Source of the DNA: an uncultured Pelagibacteraceae bacterium
GTDB lineage: Bacteria > Pseudomonadota > Alphaproteobacteria > Pelagibacterales > AG-422-B15
NCBI GenBank assembly: GCA_902580665.1
Contig: CACHLP010000002.1
Coordinates: forward strand, 6,337 to 70,336
DNA length: 64,000 nucleotides
Reading direction: 5' to 3'
Shown: in pieces, positions 30,170-40,524 of the stretch
Numbering within the stretch: position 1 is the stretch's first letter
Layout: each line of letters starts with the position of its first letter
Made by a program: the position numbers and the translations under genes
The notes under the pieces: model-generated
Seen by the model: the letters and a program-made list of their open reading frames with translations, nothing else
The model's database searches: none
Told to the model about the DNA's origin: nothing

Positions 30170-31980
30170 CCTGACTTTTTATCTTTTATTTCCTTAATAG
30201 GAGAAATAGTTTGATCTTCAGCAAGCTTATCTTTTACTTTAGCTTTTTTTATTACTGACTTTTTCTTCTTTTTAGTTGATGTTCGTTTTTTAGATATTTT
30301 TTTCTTAGGTTTCTTTTCATTTTCCTTTTTATTCTCAGTACTTTCTTCAATTGTTATTTCTGAGTTGCCTAAATTCATATCATCAACAAAAGAAATTTTA
30401 ATGTTAGCTTCATCCTCAATATTAGTAATTTCTGAGTAAAAATTATCCTCTAAATACTTTTTCATAATGGCATTTATTTTAACTGCTAAGGTTTTATGTT
30501 TCCTATTGTTTATTTTTTCTTTTATTAAATAAATTAATTTTAATGCACTTGAATGCTGACTTAATTCAGTTTTCCATTCAATAAAACTTTGCCTTAATCT
30601 CTGTCTAGACATTTCTAAAAGCCCAAATTGACTTATTCTCGAAACTTGAGTTCTGGCTCTATCTTTTCTGACTAATTCTTTGAGCTTTTTTTCAACTTGT
30701 CTATTATTTCTCATCTCATACATATCAATAAAATCAACTACAATTAATCCGGAAAGGTCGCGTATTTTAATTTGTTTAGCAATTTCTGAAGCTGCTTCTA
30801 TATTAGTTTTTAAAGCAGTTTTTTCTATATTCCTCTCCTTTGTTGCACCACCAGAATTAACATCAATGGCTACCAATGCTTCTGTAGGATTTATTACTAA
30901 ATAACCTCCAGATTTTAATTTAACTTCAGGGTTAAACATTTTTATAATTTCATTTTCAACTTTGTACTTAGTAAATATAGGCTCTTTATTTTTGTATTGC
31001 TTAACAAATTTAGTACAAGACGGTAGAACTTGTGACATATATTTTTTTGTTTCCTTGTAAGCTTCAATGCCTTCAACAAAAACATCCTTCATTTCTTTAG
31101 TATAGACATCTCTAAGTATTCTTCTTAACAAATTCCCCTCTTCATGAATTAGTGCTGGCGCGATTGCTTTTTTTGTTTCCGTAACTATGTCTACCCATAA
31201 TTTGTTAAGAGTTGTGTAGTCTTTTTTTATCTCATTTTTTGTTTTATTTAATCCTGCAGTTCTAATAATTAGACCCATTTCAGAGGGAACATTTAAATCA
31301 TCAATAATTTTTTTTAATTTATTCCTATCGTCAAATGTAGATATCTTTCTCGAGATGCCTTTAGTTTTAGTAGAGTTGGGCATTAAAACGGTATACTTAC
31401 CAGCCAGAGATATATATGACGTAAGCGCAGCACCTTTATTTCCTCTTTCTTCCTTAACTACTTGTATAAGTATTAGTTGCCCTGTTTTAATAACTTCTTG
31501 TATCTTATAAGACCGGTAAAGTTTACGTTTGAGATTGGCGCTGTATTTATTTTTTTTGTTAGTAGATCCTTTTTCATTTATTTCAGTATTTTCTGATTCA
31601 CTCCCTGCATTTGGCGTTATGTTTTCATCTAACTCATCTACCTGTTTTGCCATGCTTTCATTAATTTCAATCTCGTTATTGTGCTGTTCTTCAGCTTCTG
31701 CTTCTGCTTCTATTAACGCTTCTCTATCTGCAACTGGTATTTGAAAATAATTAGGGTGTATTTCACCAAATGCAAGAAACCCATTTTTTTCTGCACCAAT
31801 ATCTATAAAAGCAGCTTGAAGTGAAGCCTCTATTCTTGATACTTTACCTAGATATATATTTCCCTTTAGATTCTTCTTGGAAGTAGATTCGAATTCGAAA
31901 TCGTCGAGGCCACTTTCTGACAATAACGCAACTTGCGTTTGACTCTCTCTTGAGCCGTCAATAAGTAATTTTTGAGACAT
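30154..31980 (-). CDS. rne: ribonuclease E/G family endoribonuclease
   Basis: 608 aa. The S1 domain (NIYLGKVSRIEASLQAAFIDIGAEKNGFL...VVKEERGNKGAALTSYISLAGKYTVLMP) is split by an acidic insert. It also has the DNase-I-like core (VAIDVNSG, LIVVDFIDM), a Lys-rich tail and a terminal GWWQK. Confidence 0.85.
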   Translation of the reverse strand: MSQKLLIDGSRESQTQVALLSESGLDDFEFESTSKKNLKGNIYLGKVSRIEASLQAAFIDIGAEKNGFLAFGEIHPNYFQIPVADREALIEAEAEAEEQHNNEIEINESMAKQVDELDENITPNAGSESENTEINEKGSTNKKNKYSANLKRKLYRSYKIQEVIKTGQLILIQVVKEERGNKGAALTSYISLAGKYTVLMPNSTKTKGISRKISTFDDRNKLKKIIDDLNVPSEMGLIIRTAGLNKTKNEIKKDYTTLNKLWVDIVTETKKAIAPALIHEEGNLLRRILRDVYTKEMKDVFVEGIEAYKETKKYMSQVLPSCTKFVKQYKNKEPIFTKYKVENEIIKMFNPEVKLKSGGYLVINPTEALVAIDVNSGGATKERNIEKTALKTNIEAASEIAKQIKIRDLSGLIVVDFIDMYEMRNNRQVEKKLKELVRKDRARTQVSRISQFGLLEMSRQRLRQSFIEWKTELSQHSSALKLIYLIKEKINNRKHKTLAVKINAIMKKYLEDNFYSEITNIEDEANIKISFVDDMNLGNSEITIEESTENKKENEKKPKKKISKKRTSTKKKKKSVIKKAKVKDKLAEDQTISPIKEIKDKKSGWWQK

Positions 31981-32207
31981 TTGTAGAAACCTTTCAATGA
32001 TAAAACTACGTTTCGTAGTCGTGAATATATTTTCGTTGATGTATTTTTATAAGACATTGTAAATATGTAAGTATATGATTTACTGATATATTTTCTAACT
32101 ACAAAAATCAATATTTATTTTTCGTGTATACTTTCTTAAGATTACACATCCAAATTTGGCGAAATAGCCAAACGAATGCCATAATTATAATTATATTTAT
32201 ATCCTGA

Positions 32208-34604
32208 ATGAATTCGTTTTTAATCCAACTAAGATACGTCCTTTACGGTCTTTTAGGATTCGCTATGCTTATTTTAGCACTTCTTATTTACTTTATTGCA
32301 CAACTTCCTGATGACTCGATTCTTAAAAATTATAAGCCAGACGTAATGACACGTATTCATGCTTCAAATGGTGAATTGGTTAAAGAGTATTCTAAAGAGT
32401 ATCGAATCTTTGTTCCAATAGAGAGTATTCCTGAAAACTTAAAAAATGCATTTATTTCAGCTGAGGATAAGAATTTTTATAATCATAATGGAGTTGATCC
32501 TGTCGGAATACTAAGAGCTTTTCTAAAAAATACTTACAATATATTTTCAAATAGAAGACCTGAAGGAGCATCAACAATTACTCAACAAGTTGCAAAAAAC
32601 TTCTTATTAAGCAATGAGCTTTCAATTAGTAGAAAAGCAAAAGAAGCATTATTGGCAATTAAAATTGATGCAACTTTATCAAAGTCTAGGATACTCGAAC
32701 TTTACTTGAATCAGATTTATCTAGGGTCAGGTACTTATGGAGTTGCTGCAGCTTCAAATAGATATTTTAAAAAATCATTAGAGGATCTGGATTTATCTGA
32801 GGTTTCTTTTTTAGCTGCTCTTCCAAAAGCACCAAGCAGATATAATCCAAAAAAAAATTATGATAAATCACTTTCTAGAAGAAACTGGGTGCTAAAAAGG
32901 ATGTTTATTAACAATTACATAACTGAAAATGATTATAATAATTTTGTAAAAAGCCCTATAAAAACTGTTACAACAAAAAATAAGCCTGTTTATTCTTCTG
33001 ATTACTATTTGGAAGAAATAAGAAAACAAATAATTAAATTATATGATGAAGATTTTTTATATAGAGGAGGCTTATCAGTAAGGTCCTCCCTTAACACCAA
33101 TGTTCAAAGGATTGCCGACATATCACTAAAGACTGGTTTATTGGAATATGACAAAAGACATGGTTATAGAGGGGTTATTGCAAATAATAGTAAAAAAGAT
33201 TGGTTTAAAGAATTTATTGGTGTCAAACAACCTCATACCTTCCTGTTAGCAAAAATTTTAGGATTTGAAGAATTAGATGGAAATGTAATAATAGAAGTTT
33301 TAGAAAACGAAAATTTACTTCAAGGAAATCTATCAAATTTTAAATGGGCACGGAAAAGCTTAGGTAAAGGCTATCTTGGGCCTAAAATAGAAAAAGGTAG
33401 TGAGATTTTTAAGGTCAATGATATTGTTCATGTATCTAGAAGCAATGGTAATTCATATAATTTAGAACAATTACCAAAAATAAATGGTGCTATTGTCGCA
33501 ATGGACCCAAATACAGGAAGAGTATTTGCATTATCGGGAGGTTTTGATTTTAATGTAAGTAATTTTAACCGGGTCTATCAAGCGAAAAGACAACCTGGTT
33601 CGTCATTTAAGCCATTTGTATATATGTCAGCTTTAGAAAATGGATTGCAGCCAAATAGTTTAATTCTTGATGCTCCCTTCGTTTTAGATCAAGGAAAGAC
33701 TCTCGGAAAATGGAAGCCTGAGAATTATGGAAAGAAATTTTATGGCCCTTCAACATTAAGAAAGGGAATTGAAAATTCAAGAAACCTTATGACAATTCGA
33801 ATAGCACAATACCTTGGCATGGATCGCATAACGGAGTTGGCGGAAAGAACTAATATAATGTCTAATATGCCTCCTGTATTATCCATGGCTCTCGGTGCAG
33901 GAGAAACATCTCTCATTAAACTTACATCTGCTTACGCCTCTTTGGCAAATGGGGGCAAAAAAGTTGAACCAAGTATAATTGATCGAATACAAGACCGAAG
34001 AGGTAAAAATATTTTCATTCTTGATCAAGCAATTTGTGAAAATTGCAATCAACCTTATATTGAAGAAAATCCTAAGCCAAAGATAATCAATAAATCTGAA
34101 ATTATTTTTGACGAGGTAAATGCTTATCAAATGGTTTCAATTTTAAAAGGAGCGGTAGATAGAGGTACTGGAAGAAAAACTAAAATTGAAGGCATTGAAA
34201 TAGCTGGAAAAACTGGAACTACAAACAATAATACTGACGCATGGTTCTTAGGCTTCACGCCTGACATTATCGTAGGCGTATATACGGGTTTTGATATACC
34301 AGAATCCTTAGGAAAAAGGGAAACGGGATCATCAGTGGCAGTGCCAATTTTTAAAAATTTTATAAGTAAATATTATGAAGGTAAAAAAGCACTTCCATTT
34401 ATAATACCAGCAGGTGTAGAGTTAATAAAAATTGATTATGATACTGGACAAATATCTAATAAAGTAAAAGATGCTAAAACAATATATGAAGCATTTGGAA
34501 ATAATGATAATCTAGCTAACTTAAAGGAAACTTTAGTAGGTACTGAAGGTTTTCGAATTATCGAGATTGAAGACAGTGAAGAAAACGAATTTTTGATTTA
34601 TTAA
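32208..34604 (+). CDS. mrcA: penicillin-binding protein 1A (bifunctional glycosyltransferase/transpeptidase)
   Basis: 798 aa with an N-terminal TM anchor, the GT51 motif EDKNFYNHNGVD, and transpeptidase motifs SSFKP, SRN and KTGTT. Confidence 0.9.
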   Translation: MNSFLIQLRYVLYGLLGFAMLILALLIYFIAQLPDDSILKNYKPDVMTRIHASNGELVKEYSKEYRIFVPIESIPENLKNAFISAEDKNFYNHNGVDPVGILRAFLKNTYNIFSNRRPEGASTITQQVAKNFLLSNELSISRKAKEALLAIKIDATLSKSRILELYLNQIYLGSGTYGVAAASNRYFKKSLEDLDLSEVSFLAALPKAPSRYNPKKNYDKSLSRRNWVLKRMFINNYITENDYNNFVKSPIKTVTTKNKPVYSSDYYLEEIRKQIIKLYDEDFLYRGGLSVRSSLNTNVQRIADISLKTGLLEYDKRHGYRGVIANNSKKDWFKEFIGVKQPHTFLLAKILGFEELDGNVIIEVLENENLLQGNLSNFKWARKSLGKGYLGPKIEKGSEIFKVNDIVHVSRSNGNSYNLEQLPKINGAIVAMDPNTGRVFALSGGFDFNVSNFNRVYQAKRQPGSSFKPFVYMSALENGLQPNSLILDAPFVLDQGKTLGKWKPENYGKKFYGPSTLRKGIENSRNLMTIRIAQYLGMDRITELAERTNIMSNMPPVLSMALGAGETSLIKLTSAYASLANGGKKVEPSIIDRIQDRRGKNIFILDQAICENCNQPYIEENPKPKIINKSEIIFDEVNAYQMVSILKGAVDRGTGRKTKIEGIEIAGKTGTTNNNTDAWFLGFTPDIIVGVYTGFDIPESLGKRETGSSVAVPIFKNFISKYYEGKKALPFIIPAGVELIKIDYDTGQISNKVKDAKTIYEAFGNNDNLANLKETLVGTEGFRIIEIEDSEENEFLIY

Positions 34605-34606
34605 TT

Positions 34607-35693
34607 ATGCATATTGAATTTACAAATTTAATCAATTTGGCTAATGAAAAGCTGGACTTTATTCGGAGCCATCTTTGACACTGACGAAATATCAAAACAA
34701 TTAACTAACCTCAGAAATAAAGCAGAAGATAAAGATTTTTGGTCTAATCCTGATGAAGCAAAAAAAGTTATGATGAACATCAGCGAAAATGAAAATAAGA
34801 TTAATCTTATAAGCGATTATGAAAATAAAATATCTGAGGTAAATGATTATTATAATCTTGCTAAAGAAGAATCTGATCAAGCGATGATTAAAGAATGTTT
34901 CACTTCAATAAATTCTATTTTATCTGAACTAGAAGAAAATGAATTTAGATTACAATTTAACGGTGAGGCTGATGGTAAAAGTTGTTATTTAGAGATACAT
35001 GCTGGTGCTGGTGGGACTGAGAGTCAAGATTGGGCGCAAATGCTTCTAAGAATGTATATGCGATGGGCTGAAAAGAAAAAATTTAAGTTTAAATTAATGT
35101 ATGAATCTTTAGGTGATGAAGCAGGAATAAAATCATGTACTGCGTTAATAGAAGGTAGTTTTGCTTTCGGTTACCTAAAAAGGGAGTCTGGTATTCACCG
35201 TCTTGTAAGAATTTCTCCTTTTGATTCAAATTCTAGAAGGCATACTAGCTTTTCTAGTGTATGGATTTCTCCTTTTGTTGATGAAACTGTTGAAGTTAAT
35301 TTATTAGATAAAGATATGAGAATTGACACATTTAGAGCTTCAGGAGCAGGTGGTCAACATGTCAATACCACAGATAGTGCTATAAGAATCACACACATTC
35401 CAACTGGAATTGTTGTTCAATGTCAAAATGAACGATCACAACACAAAAATAAGGCCACAGCTATAAGTTTGCTAAAATCTAAATTATATGAAATAGAAGT
35501 CCAAAAAATCAACGATGAACGCAAGGCTAAAGAAGATCAAAAATCAGAAATTGGTTGGGGAAATCAAATAAGATCATATGTTTTGCATCCATATAGAATG
35601 GTAAAAGATTTGAGAAGTAACTATGAAGTATCAGATCCAGATGCCGTACTAGATGGCAACATAGATAAGTTAATATTTTCTAATTTAAAATGA
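34607..35693 (+). CDS. prfB: peptide chain release factor 2 (requires +1 programmed frameshift at 34676)
   Basis: Frame 0 from ATG 34607 encodes MHIEFTNLINLANEKLDFIRSHL and hits CTT TGA C. The +1 frame continues DTDEISKQ... into the 34644..35693 track ORF. That ORF carries the RF2-specific SPF (RISPFDS) and GGQ (SGAGGQHVN) motifs. Confidence 0.9.
34665..34679 (+). promoter_or_regulatory. RF2 +1 frameshift signal (internal SD-like GGAG plus CTT TGA C slippery/stop site)
   Basis: The sequence is GGAGCCATCTTTGAC: GGAG at 34665-34668, a 4-nt spacer, then CTT TGA C at 34673-34679. The slippery site is identical to the E. coli prfB recoding site. Confidence 0.85.
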
Positions 35694-35697
35694 AACA

Positions 35698-38169
35698 GTG
35701 AGTAAAAAACTTTTATTTTTATATATCACTTCTTCAATACTATTAGTGGTTACTCTTATTTTTATTGGTCTCACCACGAAGGTAGTTTTTGGAGGTCTAA
35801 ATATTAATTTTTTAGAGCAACGATTATCGTCATACCTAAAAAATGAGCACAAATTAGCTCTTAAGTCTGATGATTATATATTAATGCATAACCAAGACTA
35901 TGGTCTATTTATTGATGTTTCAAAAGCAGATTTATTGTTTGGTGATAAAACATCATTCAGCGCTAATCAAATCGTAATTGATTTCGATCTAAACGATCTT
36001 TTTTTTTCCAATGAGGGCCAGTTAATAACAGTACTGATTGACCAGATTACTATTAGATCGGTTGAGTTAAGTAATGAAATTATCTTGCAGGGAAGTCAAT
36101 TAGAAATAAAATATAACTCTCTCAGAAATATGAAGGATTCAAAAATTTCTATCTCATCAGCTTTAGTGACCGGTGAAGATATATTTTATGAAAAATTTTA
36201 TTTTGATTTTGCCTATGATTTTTTAAATAGGGAATTAAACATTTTAGGCTTTAATTATGGGGATATATTTATGTCAGGACCAAGTTATGTAAAATTTAAC
36301 TCAGAAAAAAAATTATGGCAAACAAAGATAGACATTAAAGCAAAAAGAGAACCACTCAAATCTTTACTAAATATTATTAATAATAAAGAACTAGATAAAG
36401 TTGTTTCAGGGTTCATCGGGTGGCAATCTGTTTCAGTGATATCAGAATTTAAGTCTATAAATAAATCACTATTACAAGATTTTTTTAGAGGAATGAAATT
36501 AAATCTTTCTGGTATTTATGATCTAGAAGAAATACTACCAATAAATGAATTTTATAAAAATTTTGGAAACATTACTTCTTATAATATAGAGATCGAGAAG
36601 CTTTATGATCAATTTAAAATCAATATTTTAAATTTTAAAAATGACAAAGTTACTTTCAAAAATGAAAGTTATATAATAATAGACAACAATTTACAGGACT
36701 CAAATGTAAATCTGATAACCTCAGTAAGTAAAAAAGCAGTTATAGATTATATAAATACATCAATTTTAACAAGAGAAGGCAATACAAATAGAGCATTAGA
36801 ATTTTTTAAGAAAAATTTAAATGAAGGAATTAACTTAGTATTAAATTTTAACTTTAATCCATTATCAAAAGATATTGAGAGTTCAATTTTAAACTTAAAA
36901 ATAAAATCACAGGGAACTATTAATTCTAATTTTATATTTGATGAAAATAAAAATCCAAACTATACATCGGGATCAATCAGCTATGATATTCAAATAAATA
37001 ACTTTTTAACAGACAATCCAATAATAAATGGCGAATTAGATTTAACGAATATTAATGCCTTTATCAGACAAATTAATTTAGTGAAATTAGACAACGAAGT
37101 TTTAAAAATTAAATTTAACTCAAACATACAAGATAATATTGATAGCGAGATATCTTTTAAATCGATTGATAGTCGAATTGAATTAGACGGAAAAATAAGA
37201 ATTTCTAAAACAAATCACCTTTATCTTGACTCATTAAAGCTTAACAATAGTAAAAATGTGAAAATAAATATTTCAGGTGATTTATCTGAGCGAATATTAA
37301 ACCTTTCCGTCTATGGGGAAATAATAGACTTATCGATGAATAAAATTTTGCATAATAAAAAGATTAAGGAGCATTATCTTTCAAAAGAAAATTATAAAAT
37401 AAAAACAAATAAGGCAATTTTTGCTGGTGGAGTTAAAGTTAATGACTTTAAGGCAGGAATATCAAAACAGGGGGAACTTTTATCAGTAAATAGTAAGGCC
37501 AACATTGATAATCAGACTTTAAATTACTCGCGGGAAAAAAATGAAGTGCTTGATATTAATCTTATAAGCTCCAGTGATGTTACATATTTTGTAAATGATA
37601 GCCATCCTGCTAAAAAACTCTTAAGCGATGGGGAGTTTAAAATGAGGTCTGTTCGAGATTTAAAGACAATGGATGCTGAAGTTGAAATTGATCTCAAAGA
37701 TTTTGTATTAATAAATTCTCCAGCTTCATTAAAACTTTTATCTCTTCCGTCAATTTCGGGTTTAGTAAGTATTGCAGAAGGAGAAGAGGGCATCCGATTT
37801 GGTTATGGTCAAATCAGTTACATTGAAAATGAAAAAAATTTTAAAAATATTGATGCATATGCTGTAAGTGACAGTATTGGTTTGGTTATGGAAGGAAAAA
37901 TTCAACGTGAGAAGGCTATAGTTGATATGTCTGGAGAAATAAGTCCTATGCATTTAGTTAATGCTATAATGCAGAACGTGCCAATTTTAGGTCCCATTAT
38001 CATTGGGAACGAGGGTGAAGGGTTATTTTCTATAGATTTTAGTTTAACAGGTGATGTCGACAACCCAGAAGTTTCTTCAAATCCTCTCACAATAATTAAG
38101 CCTCGTATTATCGAAAGAGCGCTAGAGTCAATAAACTCAAATCAAGTTAATCAGGAGCCAAAACTCTAA
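35698..38169 (+). CDS. AsmA/YhdP-like (DUF3971-type) large envelope protein
   Basis: 823 aa with a GTG start and an N-terminal TM anchor (LLFLYITSSILLVVTLIFIGL). The very AT-rich body is beta-rich. The conserved C-terminal block (ISPMHLVNAIMQNVPILGPIIIGNEGEGLFSIDFSLTGDVDNPEVSSNPL) is typical of the AsmA-like C-terminal region. Confidence 0.6.
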   Translation: MSKKLLFLYITSSILLVVTLIFIGLTTKVVFGGLNINFLEQRLSSYLKNEHKLALKSDDYILMHNQDYGLFIDVSKADLLFGDKTSFSANQIVIDFDLNDLFFSNEGQLITVLIDQITIRSVELSNEIILQGSQLEIKYNSLRNMKDSKISISSALVTGEDIFYEKFYFDFAYDFLNRELNILGFNYGDIFMSGPSYVKFNSEKKLWQTKIDIKAKREPLKSLLNIINNKELDKVVSGFIGWQSVSVISEFKSINKSLLQDFFRGMKLNLSGIYDLEEILPINEFYKNFGNITSYNIEIEKLYDQFKINILNFKNDKVTFKNESYIIIDNNLQDSNVNLITSVSKKAVIDYINTSILTREGNTNRALEFFKKNLNEGINLVLNFNFNPLSKDIESSILNLKIKSQGTINSNFIFDENKNPNYTSGSISYDIQINNFLTDNPIINGELDLTNINAFIRQINLVKLDNEVLKIKFNSNIQDNIDSEISFKSIDSRIELDGKIRISKTNHLYLDSLKLNNSKNVKINISGDLSERILNLSVYGEIIDLSMNKILHNKKIKEHYLSKENYKIKTNKAIFAGGVKVNDFKAGISKQGELLSVNSKANIDNQTLNYSREKNEVLDINLISSSDVTYFVNDSHPAKKLLSDGEFKMRSVRDLKTMDAEVEIDLKDFVLINSPASLKLLSLPSISGLVSIAEGEEGIRFGYGQISYIENEKNFKNIDAYAVSDSIGLVMEGKIQREKAIVDMSGEISPMHLVNAIMQNVPILGPIIIGNEGEGLFSIDFSLTGDVDNPEVSSNPLTIIKPRIIERALESINSNQVNQEPKL

Positions 38170-39388
38170 AGTATTTTTTTTTACCAACACTTATGACTAT
38201 TCCACCTGAGCTATCGCTTAGTAATGCATTAATTGAAAAAAATTCATCTTTTATGAGATCTTTATCAATTTTTACAGCATTACCTCGAATAAGTTTCCTG
38301 CTGGCAGATTTTGAAGAAGCAAAGTTCATTCTTAAAATAAGATCAGAAAGTAGTACCTCATTATTTAATTCCTCGGATTTTAGTTTTATGGTCGGTAAAT
38401 CTGTATCTAGATTATTATTAGTAAAAATATCTTTAGCTGTTTCTTGGGATTTTTTTGCTTCATCGAGACCATGAAGCATAGCCGTAGCTTCGTTGGCTAA
38501 TATTATTTTGGTTTCATTTATATTATCTGCATTTTCTTTTTCAATAGCCTCAATTTCAGTCTTATTTAGATCAGTAAATAGTTTTAAAAACCTTATAACG
38601 TCTCTATCATCTACGTTTCTCCAAAACTGCCAATAATCATATGCAGATAACATATCTTGATCGAGCCATATGGCACCTTCTACAGTTTTACCCATTTTAT
38701 CGCCTTTAGCATTAGTCAATAAAGGTGTAGTTAATCCAAAGGTTTCCTTGCCACTTATTCTTCTTATTAACTCAACGCCATTTACAATATTGCCCCACTG
38801 ATCTGATCCACCGATCTGAAGTATGCAGTTATCTCTACTATTTAATTCCAAGAAATCGTAAGCTTGAAATATCATATAATTGAATTCAACAAAATTAAGT
38901 GACTGTTCTCTATCAAGTCTAATTTTAACACTGTCAAAGCTTAACATTTTATTAATTGTAAAATGTTTTCCATAATCTCTGAGGAAGTTAACATAATTTA
39001 GTTTGTCTAACCAATCAGAATTATCTCTAGCTACCCATTTAGAATCATCATTTTCTGATGATAGAAATCGATCAAAGACCTGCTTTAGATTTTTTGCATT
39101 TAAGTCTATTTCTTCATCAGATAAAATTTTTCTTGTTTCATCCTTGCCTGATGGATCTCCAATTCGTGTTGTACCTTTTCCGATAAGAACAATTGGCGTA
39201 TGGCCATACTTTTGAAATAGCCTCATTATCATTATTTGAATAAGACTTCCCACATGCAAGGACTTAGCTGTACAATCAAAGCCGATATAAAATTTTACTT
39301 TTTTTGTATTAATTATTTCATTCAAGGCTTCTTCATTAGTACACTGATTAAGGAAACCTCGAAATTTTAATTCTTCAATTAATGTCAT
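38147..39388 (-). CDS. tyrS: tyrosyl-tRNA synthetase
   Basis: 413 aa with the HIGH variant (SLHVGSL), the KMSKS variant (KMGKT) and a C-terminal S4-like domain. Confidence 0.95.
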   Translation of the reverse strand: MTLIEELKFRGFLNQCTNEEALNEIINTKKVKFYIGFDCTAKSLHVGSLIQIMIMRLFQKYGHTPIVLIGKGTTRIGDPSGKDETRKILSDEEIDLNAKNLKQVFDRFLSSENDDSKWVARDNSDWLDKLNYVNFLRDYGKHFTINKMLSFDSVKIRLDREQSLNFVEFNYMIFQAYDFLELNSRDNCILQIGGSDQWGNIVNGVELIRRISGKETFGLTTPLLTNAKGDKMGKTVEGAIWLDQDMLSAYDYWQFWRNVDDRDVIRFLKLFTDLNKTEIEAIEKENADNINETKIILANEATAMLHGLDEAKKSQETAKDIFTNNNLDTDLPTIKLKSEELNNEVLLSDLILRMNFASSKSASRKLIRGNAVKIDKDLIKDEFFSINALLSDSSGGIVISVGKKKYFRVLAPD

Positions 39389-39441
39389 TTTATTTTTTTT
39401 TCACTAATATATAAATTATTTGCAATGATTATACAAAATAT

Positions 39442-40524
39442 ATGATTAAGAGTAAGTTTTTAGCTGTTGGAGTAATGAGTGGTACCTCTATGGATGGCAT
39501 TGATATTTCTCTTATTTTATCCGATGGCAAAAAATCTTATAAACATATTAAATCAAAGTTTTATAGTTATAAGCGATCTACGAAAAAAATTTTATTAGGA
39601 CTTGTAGATTCGTTTACTGACTCGAAGCACTCATTAGCCCTTATTAGGTATGCAGAAGAATTAGTAACTTTTGAATATATTGCTGCGCTTAAAAATTTTT
39701 TAAAAGATGATAATTCATTAACTATAGATTTAATTGCATTGCATGGTCAAACAATATTTCATGAAGTCATAAACAAATCATCTATTCAGCTTTGTGACGA
39801 AGTAAAAATTAAAGATACTTTTAAATTACCTATTGTGAGTGATTTCAGACAAAAAGATTTATCTTTGGGTGGTCAGGGTGCTCCGTTGACTCCAATATTT
39901 CATAAATTATTGATCTTTGAGTCGAAGATGACTCCACCAGTATGTTTTGTCAATATTGGCGGGATATCCAACATAACATTTATAGATGATAAAGAGCATA
40001 TCTACGCATATGACACTGGTCCTGGCATGTGTCTTTTAGATCGGTATATGTTTCTAAAGAAAAAAATTAACTTTGATAAAGGTGGTCGGCATTCACTAAA
40101 AGGAAAGATTAATTTGAAAATTCTCAATAAATTAATGAGTGATAAATTTTTTAATAAAAAAAAGAATAAATCTTTAGATCGTAATTATTTTTCTCTCAAT
40201 TGGTTTATGAAATTAAATTTTAATGATGCTTGTGCAACAATTTCAGCATTTACTGCACTCAGCATAACAAAAGAAGCAAATAAATTTAATGCAAAATATT
40301 TAATCGTATCAGGTGGCGGATCTAAAAACAAATATGTGATAAATTTAATGAGGGAAACTTTTAAAGGCAAAATATTTACTGCTGATCAATTAAATTTAAA
40401 TCCAGACTTTATTGAGTCACAGGCATTTGGCTATTTAGGTATTAGAAGGATGAAAAATCTTCCAATCTCATTTCCTAGTACTACTGGCGTAAAATATGCT
40501 GTATCGGGCGGTAAGCTAAATTAA
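39442..40524 (+). CDS. anmK: anhydro-N-acetylmuramic acid kinase
   Basis: 360 aa with the N-terminal motif GVMSGTSMDGID and an ASKHA-fold C-terminal half (VSGGGSKN). Confidence 0.85.
   Translation: MIKSKFLAVGVMSGTSMDGIDISLILSDGKKSYKHIKSKFYSYKRSTKKILLGLVDSFTDSKHSLALIRYAEELVTFEYIAALKNFLKDDNSLTIDLIALHGQTIFHEVINKSSIQLCDEVKIKDTFKLPIVSDFRQKDLSLGGQGAPLTPIFHKLLIFESKMTPPVCFVNIGGISNITFIDDKEHIYAYDTGPGMCLLDRYMFLKKKINFDKGGRHSLKGKINLKILNKLMSDKFFNKKKNKSLDRNYFSLNWFMKLNFNDACATISAFTALSITKEANKFNAKYLIVSGGGSKNKYVINLMRETFKGKIFTADQLNLNPDFIESQAFGYLGIRRMKNLPISFPSTTGVKYAVSGGKLN

Noticed and set aside
31685-31720. There is a short GCTTCT tandem repeat inside rne (encoding EAEAEAEE), and poly-A/T runs occur throughout the window.
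   Set aside because: These are low-complexity coding repeats and homopolymers expected in an AT-rich genome. They are not a CRISPR array, a satellite or a phase-variation tract with evident consequence.
31866-32111. An 81-aa minus-strand ORF overlaps the start of rne and extends into the spacer.
   Set aside because: It is out of frame with the well-supported rne N-terminus (MSQKLLIDGS...) and has Lys/Arg/Tyr-rich low-complexity composition typical of AT-rich noise.
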